This document shows, in pieces, positions 8,012 through 14,202 of a DNA stretch of 52,661 bases. The position numbers were made by a program, and so were the translations under genes. The DNA is from a virus (Duplodnaviria; Caudoviricetes). Positions within the stretch are counted from its first letter, which is position 1. Each line of letters starts with the position of its first letter. The stretch lies in the IMG/VR virus record IMGVR_UViG_3300042541_000817, positions 1 to 52,661 of that record; one strand, given 5' to 3'. Under the pieces are notes generated by a model. It had not been told where the DNA came from. It searched no databases and saw nothing but the letters and a program-made list of their open reading frames with translations.

Positions 8012-8308
8012 TTAGTATTCCCTTTCAATAAGCCACGCATTTAGGTGGTGTTGTTCAATTATTGCATAAGCGGGGGCAGTAGTCAAACCCTTATAGGTTA
8101 TTCCTTCGGGCATAGGTATTTCCAAGTCCCATAGTCCTGCGTCATTTACTGCGTCAATAGCCTCAATACATACCGATACCATAGACTTAGGCACTGGCGG
8201 GTAGTGATTAGCAGATAAGTGAATACCTATCTGAGTTTCTAAATCAAGATGAATACCAAGATTATCAAGTGTTCCGTCTGCCATTTCTGTTGCAAAATTA
8301 CTTCCCAT
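8012..8308 (-). CDS. conserved actinophage-type hypothetical protein (HLxxNHYPPVP, HHLxAW)
   Basis: ORF track. Confidence 0.8.
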   Translation of the reverse strand: MGSNFATEMADGTLDNLGIHLDLETQIGIHLSANHYPPVPKSMVSVCIEAIDAVNDAGLWDLEIPMPEGITYKGLTTAPAYAIIEQHHLNAWLIEREY

Positions 8309-8541
8309 TATCGTGCTTCTCCGCTCATTAGTAGTTCAGGCTCACTTAGTAGCCCATTATCCCAAATAACACTTCCGTCATAGTCTAATAGTAATTCGTA
8401 GGGATTACACTCGCAAGTTTCTGAGTCAAAATCCTCGCCATTTCCCCAATACAAATTACCTTGACCATTACAAGCATTACAATTCTGTATCGCTCTTAGT
8501 GCGTATTCTAATTTATCCATTTTTTCCTTCTTTCTGTTCAT
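8308..8541 (-). CDS. DnaJ-type CxxCxGxG zinc-finger protein
   Basis: CNACNGQG...CECN; start at 8541 (leaderless) or 8520 (RBS). Confidence 0.7.
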   Translation of the reverse strand: MNRKKEKMDKLEYALRAIQNCNACNGQGNLYWGNGEDFDSETCECNPYELLLDYDGSVIWDNGLLSEPELLMSGEAR

Positions 8542-8590
8542 ACTGAAATCCTATCAGATAGGGCTGACATTTTCAACCCTACCCAACCAC

Positions 8591-9088
8591 TCACCAAGAC
8601 GAATGGTACGAAAAGGACAAATTGGACAATTCGGGTAGAGCAAGAATACGCTCTAATTGTTCAATAGTATTCTCTAGGTCACGCCAATACCATTGATCGA
8701 TATCTGTTCCACCAAAGAAAAATCCTTCTTGTGGTGGCAATAGGCTAGGGTCTTTATTTTCTAAAGAGTGCTTACAAATCGCAAGCAATTCTATTAATTT
8801 ATCTTGTGATACATAGTAGTCACCGCAGTCGTCAATTCCTTTTTGTACATTTTTGACAAACCAATTATGAATCTGATTAGCCTTGCGCCAATAAGCACAA
8901 GTCACTTCTACGCTTGCGCCATAGATATCTGTTGCGACATTGGATAATTGTGTTAATTCCATTAGGTTGTTGAATTGCGGATATACCGCTTCAGGTGAGT
9001 CATAAGATAATTCGTCATTATCTCTTAGTGCGTTCCAATTCACTTTTTCCAAGTGTTTCTTGGCTAGTAAGTACATATCTAATCCCAT
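8591..9088 (-). CDS. conserved phage hypothetical protein (MGLDMYL, YWRKANQIHNWF)
   Basis: ORF track; RBS GAAGG; motif common in phages. Confidence 0.85.
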   Translation of the reverse strand: MGLDMYLLAKKHLEKVNWNALRDNDELSYDSPEAVYPQFNNLMELTQLSNVATDIYGASVEVTCAYWRKANQIHNWFVKNVQKGIDDCGDYYVSQDKLIELLAICKHSLENKDPSLLPPQEGFFFGGTDIDQWYWRDLENTIEQLERILALPELSNLSFSYHSSW

Positions 9089-9116
9089 TGGATTACCTTC
9101 TTTCTTTTAGGCTTCT

Positions 9117-9227
9117 AGCCTATCATTTCCTACTGACAAAATCAAACCGACACGCCGTAAAATCTGGGGGAATATTAAAATGTGTCGTAAATCACCCTGT
9201 GTATAACCCTGTGGATAACCCCACGTG
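9117..9227 (-). promoter_or_regulatory. regulatory cassette: PafBC-type promoter, GACACGCC, CRP-like site, two DnaA boxes, CACGTG
   Basis: 9117-9138; 9149-9156; 9181-9196; TGTGTATAA 9198-9206 and TGTGGATAA 9210-9218; 9222-9227. Confidence 0.72.
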
Positions 9228-9234
9228 AAATTTT

Positions 9235-9261
9235 TGAGCAGTTTTAGATCATGCTCAGGAT
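9235..9261 (-). ncRNA. H-type pseudoknot motif copy 5
   Basis: ATC-CTGAGCAT-GAT-CTAAAAC-TGCTC. Confidence 0.68.
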
Positions 9262-9268
9262 TTGAAAA

Positions 9269-9370
9269 CTAGAATCCGTTTTCTTTTATGTCTTTAATTG
9301 CTAATCGCAATAAATAAAATGTTGAAATTAGCAAAGCAAGTTGCACAAGTGTTGTTAAAAATCTGCTCAC
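9269..9370 (-). CDS. 33-aa single-TM peptide (not in ORF track)
   Basis: GTG start overlapping the upstream TGA; MSRFLTTLVQLALLISTFYLLRLAIKDIKENGF. Confidence 0.5.
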   Translation of the reverse strand: MSRFLTTLVQLALLISTFYLLRLAIKDIKENGF

Positions 9371-9567
9371 GCATTTACCTCAATTCCTTTATAGCAAGCA
9401 AGAGCAAATCTATTTGCGTCAAATCTTGGATTATCAGTTTCAAACATTAGAGAAAATTCATCTACCAAATCAGCAAATAAAATTTCTCCTTGCTCATCAA
9501 AAACAGAAGTAGCAAAGTAATTGCTAAGAATTTCAGCAGTTGCGACATAGTCTTTTCGTGTCATCAT
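9367..9567 (-). CDS. hypothetical protein (TRKDY...DNPRFDxxRF family)
   Basis: ORF track; similar to the C-half of 35511-35966. Confidence 0.8.
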   Translation of the reverse strand: MMTRKDYVATAEILSNYFATSVFDEQGEILFADLVDEFSLMFETDNPRFDANRFALACYKGIEVNA

Positions 9568-9656
9568 TTATGAGCACACTCGCTTTCTATTTCGTGTCCA
9601 AATTCATCTACTAATTCCTCGTAGATTTCGTCTAAGTATTCTAAGTAATCGCTCAT
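9564..9656 (-). CDS. 30-aa highly acidic peptide (not in ORF track)
   Basis: MSDYLEYLDEIYEELVDEFGHEIESECAHK; overlaps both neighbours. Confidence 0.6.
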   Translation of the reverse strand: MSDYLEYLDEIYEELVDEFGHEIESECAHK

Positions 9657-9862
9657 TATTCAGCCACCTTTAGAGTAGCCCAAGAATTGCCCTTATTGAC
9701 TTCATCAAGGACAGGACCGAGAGCAGGCGCAAGCAAATCTTTTAGCATACTTTCAAGAAAGTGAATTTGAATTTCACTATCTAATTCTAATAGTTGCTTA
9801 GCAGTTGGATTATTTTCATCTACCTCAGTTATGAAGTGGAGAGAGTGTTTAATTGTTTTCAT
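9656..9862 (-). CDS. hypothetical protein
   Basis: ORF track. Confidence 0.7.
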   Translation of the reverse strand: MKTIKHSLHFITEVDENNPTAKQLLELDSEIQIHFLESMLKDLLAPALGPVLDEVNKGNSWATLKVAE

Positions 9863-9881
9863 TTATTTTATTTCCTATTCT

Positions 9882-10073
9882 TTAATTTGAGGGGATAAGT
9901 GTGCCACGAAGTGTGCCACGAATTGAGAGAGTGTCGCAAGACATTTTGACCGCAACGCCTACTGGTAATTGAGTAGGATAAGTTGAGATAAATTGAGCAA
10001 CCGCACCTTTAGAGGGCAGGCTAATTTTTTTAGTAGAACCATTAAAGGTTTCTAGTGTTATAGTGTAAGTCAT
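9882..10073 (-). CDS. hypothetical protein, paralog of 12333-12524
   Basis: ORF track; RBS GAAAGGA; PafBC-type promoter at 10106-10127. Confidence 0.75.
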   Translation of the reverse strand: MTYTITLETFNGSTKKISLPSKGAVAQFISTYPTQLPVGVAVKMSCDTLSIRGTLRGTLIPSN

Positions 10074-10128
10074 TTTGACTTCCTTTCGTTTTTAGGTATA
10101 AGACTATCTTATACTATGGGGCTGACAA

Positions 10129-10341
10129 TTAGTCTGCGTTTTTTACCGCTAGATAGCGATAGGTATCCTTTAGGTTAAATATTGAGGGATAGTGTGGGCG
10201 AACCTGAACCCGATAAGTATCACAATTAGCATACCAAACCTTATCGGTTTTTTCTGCGTCGATTATTTCGCCATTTATTGAGCGAGAATTGTAAGTCTTG
10301 CCAATTAGCAGACTTTCTACATTATAGACATTTGCTGACAT
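10129..10341 (-). CDS. hypothetical protein, paralog of 10998-11198
   Basis: ORF track; PafBC-type promoter at 10373-10394. Confidence 0.75.
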   Translation of the reverse strand: MSANVYNVESLLIGKTYNSRSINGEIIDAEKTDKVWYANCDTYRVQVRPHYPSIFNLKDTYRYLAVKNAD

Positions 10342-10372
10342 AGTGTCACTTCCTTTTTTTCTTTAGATAGTA

Positions 10373-10595
10373 AGTATAGCATTTTTGGCTGACATTATCA
10401 AATCCAAATTCGGACATTTCCGACATTTTGAATGTGATACTCATCACACCGATTTTGCTATTTATTTAATTGTATAAGAGAATACTACCAGATAAATCTC
10501 AAAAAGTCAAGGCGACACGCCGTAAATGCGAGATTTATTTATGTGACCTTAAACACATTTTGCTTGTGGATAACCTGTGGATAAGTGCACGTGCA
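10373..10595 (-). promoter_or_regulatory. regulatory cassette: PafBC-type promoter, GGACA repeat, two CRP sites, second promoter with GACACGCC, two DnaA boxes, CACGTG
   Basis: 10373-10394; 10412-10425; 10433-10448; 10514-10521; 10542-10557; TGTGGATAA 10565-10573 and 10576-10584; TGCACGTGCA 10586-10595. Confidence 0.75.
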
Positions 10596-10809
10596 AAATT
10601 TGCAAAGTTTTTCTCTGCAATTTTGTTTTTATTTATTTTATTTCTTTACACTTAAGTAGTCGCTAATATTTACATACACAATGTATGCAACATAGGCTAA
10701 TACTGAAACAAAAATAATTTTCATTTATGATCTCCAATTTCATCTAGCAATTCCCAAAGTATTGGCTCTAATTCTTTAGCAACCAAATCTAATTTATCTT
10801 GTAAGTTTT

Positions 10810-10998
10810 TCATAGTGGCAAAATCTCTTTTCCATAGTATCCAACTGCTTCAACTAAGTTAATTACACTTTTGTATTCATTACAATTAAAGCAAATTCTA
10901 TTTTCTTTATTCATAGTGGTTGAGCAATAAACGCAGATATTATCTTGAAGGTTAAATCCTAACGCTTCAATTTCATTAAGGGACATAGATATTTTCAT
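10810..10998 (-). CDS. zinc-ribbon hypothetical protein
   Basis: CVYC...CFNC. Confidence 0.7.
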   Translation of the reverse strand: MKISMSLNEIEALGFNLQDNICVYCSTTMNKENRICFNCNEYKSVINLVEAVGYYGKEILPL

Positions 10999-11198
10999 TA
11001 GTTATCCTCAACCTTCACGCTAATAGTAGCCCAATTATTGCCATTAAAGCGAATAGCAAAAGCCTTATAGCCTTCGGGAGTATAGACATCGCTTCTCTCA
11101 GTAGAGTAGTTAATTTCACCATTAAGGTGTTTTCTCACAAGAGAGCGAGGATAGTATTGCTGACCATAGAGCAGGTCATTTATTGAATAAGTTTTCAT
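10998..11198 (-). CDS. hypothetical protein, paralog of 10129-10341
   Basis: ORF track; RBS GAAAGG; PafBC-type promoter at 11232-11253. Confidence 0.75.
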   Translation of the reverse strand: MKTYSINDLLYGQQYYPRSLVRKHLNGEINYSTERSDVYTPEGYKAFAIRFNGNNWATISVKVEDN

Positions 11199-11221
11199 TT
11201 AAGTTATTACCTTTCTTTTCT

Positions 11222-11398
11222 TTACTTAGTAAGTCTATCAGAAGCCTCTGACATTTCCTTACACTTATTAGGGTTATCCCACCAAGGGAAGCCCTCATGG
11301 TAGGTAGCAGGGGCAAGGACTACCTGACCGCAAGGGCATAGGTTCATCATGCCTTTAGGGTAGTCGTGTATAGTAGCGAACCTATTCCAAATACTCAT
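11222..11398 (-). CDS. 58-aa hypothetical protein (not in ORF track)
   Basis: MSIWNRFATIHDYPKGMMNLCPCGQVVLAP...; TAATG coupling. Confidence 0.6.
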   Translation of the reverse strand: MSIWNRFATIHDYPKGMMNLCPCGQVVLAPATYHEGFPWWDNPNKCKEMSEASDRLTK

Positions 11399-11604
11399 TA
11401 GTTAGCAACCTGACAAGAACCGCTAAGAGATTTCCAAGCAGACCAACCGCTAAGGCGGTCTGGGTCTTCTACCCAATAAGAGGTTATGTCTAATTCGCAA
11501 TTAGAGCAAGTCGCATAGCGGTCATACTCATCACTTACGATAGATGATTTAATTGCTTCGTGTGTAGAGAAGCCTAGTTTTTTTAGTAGTGTTTGTTCGT
11601 TCAT
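11398..11604 (-). CDS. hypothetical CxxC protein, paralog of 12016-12195
   Basis: ORF track; RBS GAAAGG; PafBC-type promoter at 11639-11660. Confidence 0.75.
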   Translation of the reverse strand: MNEQTLLKKLGFSTHEAIKSSIVSDEYDRYATCSNCELDITSYWVEDPDRLSGWSAWKSLSGSCQVAN

Positions 11605-11656
11605 TTTAGAACCAACCTTTCTTTTTCTTTATGTAGCAAGTCTAGCAGAGGGGTCT

Positions 11657-11756
11657 GACAAATCGGGGCATTTATTCGCTAGGCTCACTGTGATTTATCT
11701 CACATTTATTTGCTAGGCTCACTGCCCGATTTATCCCTTATTTAGTTTTTCTTACT
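11657..11756 (-). ncRNA. candidate ~100-nt two-fold symmetric small RNA
   Basis: own promoter (TTGCTT-N17-TAGACT, 11762-11790); 22-nt direct repeat held between an outer and an inner stem; no ORF. Confidence 0.55.
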
Positions 11757-11761
11757 CCGTA

Positions 11762-11967
11762 AGTCTAACATAAAAATCTCAAAAAAGCAAATCGACACGC
11801 CGTACTACAAGTGTGTTTCTTATCACATTAGTTATCAACAGCCTGTGGATAAGTCCACGTGTGACACGTGCAAATTCGGACATTATGGACATGTGATTAG
11901 TATCACAAAAATAGTTTTCCGACACGCCCGAGAAACAGGTCAAAATGTCAGTGGTCTGTGTTAGACT
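11762..11967. promoter_or_regulatory. divergent promoter hub with mirrored regulator sites
   Basis: leftward promoter 11762-11790; GACACGCC 11794-11801; CRP-like 11812-11827; DnaA boxes 11832-11840 and 11844-11852; CACGTG 11856-11861 and 11865-11870; GGACA repeat 11878-11891; CRP 11892-11907; GACACGCC 11921-11928; rightward TGTCAG-N10-TAGACT 11946-11967. Confidence 0.75.
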
Positions 11968-12015
11968 TACAGTAGTAAGAAAATGAGAAACTCTCATTAA
12001 GAAAGGTGGTCTCAA

Positions 12016-12195
12016 ATGACTACACTAACAATAACAAAATGCGTAGAGCATAAGCCTATGCTATCCGCTATCTCCAATGTAGGAGATGAGCAATTCACTT
12101 TCTGTATGGATTGTGAAAATAACATAGAGCGTTGGTATAACGATACCGACCCTGAAAGACTACCAATGTGGTCAGATTGGAGTGTATCTCTATGA
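12016..12195 (+). CDS. 59-aa CxxC protein, paralog of 11398-11604 (not in ORF track)
   Basis: RBS GAAAGGTGG; FTFCMDCENNIERWYNDTDPERLPMWSDW. Confidence 0.75.
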   Translation: MTTLTITKCVEHKPMLSAISNVGDEQFTFCMDCENNIERWYNDTDPERLPMWSDWSVSL

Positions 12196-12332
12196 TAAAC
12201 TCAGTTAAAACTATTGATTGCTCTACCTGTTATGGTAGAGGCTACATATTTTTCGGGGACAATGATGATTGTGCCATTGAAACATGTGATTGCGTATTAA
12301 ATGATGAACTAAATGTAGATTGGATTAACTAA
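12192..12332 (+). CDS. 46-aa CxxCxGxG zinc finger, paralog of 8308-8541 (not in ORF track)
   Basis: MINSVKTIDCSTCYGRGYIFFGDNDDCAIETCDC...; ATGA overlap. Confidence 0.7.
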   Translation: MINSVKTIDCSTCYGRGYIFFGDNDDCAIETCDCVLNDELNVDWIN

Positions 12333-12524
12333 ATGATAAATGTAACACTAACAACAACAACAGGCTCCACTAAGGGCATGAGGTTTGATACTAAGAATGA
12401 TGTCCTGCTATTCATTGAGAAGATGTCCGATACACTGCCTATCGGTACAGCAGTGAATATTGACGCACCACTCATTGGAATACATAGTGGGTGGATACAG
12501 GGTAAGCGTCTACAAAACACATAG
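12333..12524 (+). CDS. hypothetical protein, paralog of 9882-10073
   Basis: ORF track; followed by a terminator. Confidence 0.75.
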   Translation: MINVTLTTTTGSTKGMRFDTKNDVLLFIEKMSDTLPIGTAVNIDAPLIGIHSGWIQGKRLQNT

Positions 12525-12542
12525 CCTTATCTATTAAAAGAT

Positions 12543-12572
12543 TAGTGGGTCTATGGGCTCACTATTTTTTTT
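12543..12572 (+). terminator. intrinsic terminator
   Basis: TAGTGGGTC-TATG-GGCTCACTA-TTTTTTTT. Confidence 0.8.
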
Positions 12573-12676
12573 GATCATTTTTTGTTTATTTATGTATCAT
12601 ACATCTAAACAAAATATTCCAATTTACTCTAATTAAGAAATCTGAAAACAAATCTGAATTATGATATACTTAAACC

Positions 12677-13249
12677 ATGAGAAAACAATACACACGAGTC
12701 CAATACGACGAAAACGGTTTAAAGCAATGCACAAATTGCCAGGAATACAAAGAGACATCTAACTTCCATAAATACTCTAAGGCTCAAGATAGTTTGAAAC
12801 CTTGGTGTAAGGTTTGTGTAAGAGAATACGACTTGGCAGAAGATGATCCAAAAAGGGTTATGCCTAGAAAAAAGCAGGGGGAATTAATTCATTGTCGTAG
12901 ATGTGAAAAATATCTAGATAAATCTAACTTCTGGCGTGGCTCAACATATTGTCGTCCATGCAAGGTTTATATAGGTATAAACTCTAACCTTAGAAATAAA
13001 AACCTGACTATAGAAAAATATTCAGAATTAGAAAAATCTCAAAATGGGGTTTGTAAAATTTGCGGGAATACAGATTATAAGCGTTTATCCGTAGACCATG
13101 ATCATGCATGCTGTCCTGGAGAAAAAACTTGTGGAAACTGCACAAGAGGCTTATTGTGCTCTAGATGCAATAGAGCCCTAGGCTCTGTTAATGATGATGT
13201 AAAACTGTTACAAACTATGATACGATATTTAAATGGGGATATTAAATAA
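12677..13249 (+). CDS. recombination endonuclease VII-type (His-Me finger) nuclease with N-terminal zinc fingers
   Basis: QNGVCKIC..LSVDHDH..RGLLCSRCNRALG; two N-terminal CxxC..CxxC repeats typical of homing endonucleases. Confidence 0.85.
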   Translation: MRKQYTRVQYDENGLKQCTNCQEYKETSNFHKYSKAQDSLKPWCKVCVREYDLAEDDPKRVMPRKKQGELIHCRRCEKYLDKSNFWRGSTYCRPCKVYIGINSNLRNKNLTIEKYSELEKSQNGVCKICGNTDYKRLSVDHDHACCPGEKTCGNCTRGLLCSRCNRALGSVNDDVKLLQTMIRYLNGDIK

Positions 13250-13444
13250 CCTAGAAAATGCCTGTGGGGTTTATAGGGTTTTTCAGAATTGTGCTATAAT
13301 AAGATCATGACAGAAGAAACCACATCTTTAAAACTTTGCTGTGATGCATGCACATGCACCAACTCTCACAGTTCTAAGCCACCAGTAGAAGAAGTAGAGT
13401 AATTCCATGGGCATAGGGTTTTTAGATAACCTAGAAAATGCCTG
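13246..13444 (+). repeat. 19-bp exact direct repeat plus 11-bp repeat
   Basis: ATAACCTAGAAAATGCCTG at 13246-13264 and 13426-13444; ATAGGGTTTTT at 13273-13283 and 13413-13423. Confidence 0.85.
13307..13402 (+). CDS. 31-aa Cys-rich micropeptide (not in ORF track)
   Basis: MTEETTSLKLCCDACTCTNSHSSKPPVEEVE; TGCTATAAT 6 nt before ATG. Confidence 0.55.
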   Translation: MTEETTSLKLCCDACTCTNSHSSKPPVEEVE

Positions 13445-13604
13445 GGATGAAAATCTATTTCTGGAATCAAAACCAATACCTGAAACAGACAACATGGGTA
13501 GAGAAAAGTTTTGGGAAGATCTAGGAAGACCAGAATATGAAAACCTGGCTGTAAAAATATTTTCAGAAACTTGTTGCAAAGATTGTAGTTGCAAAAATGG
13601 ATAG
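13407..13604 (+). CDS. hypothetical protein ending in CCKDCSC
   Basis: ORF track. Confidence 0.7.
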   Translation: MGIGFLDNLENAWDENLFLESKPIPETDNMGREKFWEDLGRPEYENLAVKIFSETCCKDCSCKNG

Positions 13605-13767
13605 CGATCAACAACAACTAACTATAGAGCAAGCACAAGCAATTTTATTATTTCAGATTGAGCAAAAACTCAGGGTACATATAGCAAAACAAGTTGAGAA
13701 CAAATTCCACGGAATGTATCATGACGCATCACACGTAATAGCACAATACATACGTAACATGGTCTAA
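13597..13767 (+). CDS. 56-aa hypothetical protein (not in ORF track)
   Basis: MDSDQQQLTIEQAQAILLFQIEQKLRVHIAKQ...; overlaps the upstream stop. Confidence 0.6.
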   Translation: MDSDQQQLTIEQAQAILLFQIEQKLRVHIAKQVENKFHGMYHDASHVIAQYIRNMV

Positions 13768-13814
13768 AAGTATTTAGATCCGTCTGACTCTTCTAAGTTT
13801 CCAGGGCAAGAAAA

Positions 13815-14045
13815 TTAATCTTCAACTCTATCCAACTCCCACATTCTAATATCTATAAACCCAATTCTAGATTTATCTGCTACTTCTTGGGAATCAGCCT
13901 CTATTGCAATACGAACACTTGTCTCTATATCAATTCCAGAGTTAAGTTTAGTGCCAGCATTCTTTTCATACATTTCCTCTATTACAGATAATATTGGTTT
14001 GTAATAATACTTAGGCAATTGCTCCACCCTCTTTAAGTTTGTCAT
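13815..14045 (-). CDS. hypothetical protein (start uncertain)
   Basis: ORF track. Confidence 0.6.
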   Translation of the reverse strand: MTNLKRVEQLPKYYYKPILSVIEEMYEKNAGTKLNSGIDIETSVRIAIEADSQEVADKSRIGFIDIRMWELDRVED

Positions 14046-14202
14046 AAATGTTTGACATCATAAAACCAAGACTAGCCTGGCTCTGCTCAATTTGTTTTTC
14101 AAGATCTGCTGCATTTAATCCAGCCTGAAGACCCATTGCTCGGTTATCCTCATTAATGCTATTTAGCATAATATTTACTGCTTCGTCTTTTGTCATACCC
14201 AT
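14011..14202 (-). CDS. hypothetical protein
   Basis: ORF track; RBS AAGGA. Confidence 0.7.
   Translation of the reverse strand: MGMTKDEAVNIMLNSINEDNRAMGLQAGLNAADLEKQIEQSQASLGFMMSNIYDKLKEGGAIA

Noticed and set aside
3523-9261. CTGAG..AAAC motif as hammerhead or HDV-like ribozyme
   Set aside because: Lacks the CUGAUGA/GAAA three-stem core and the nested double pseudoknot; kept as a simple H-type pseudoknot.
11669-11724. 22-bp direct repeat as mini-CRISPR
   Set aside because: Only two copies with a 12-nt spacer and no cas genes; better explained as a symmetric RNA or operator.
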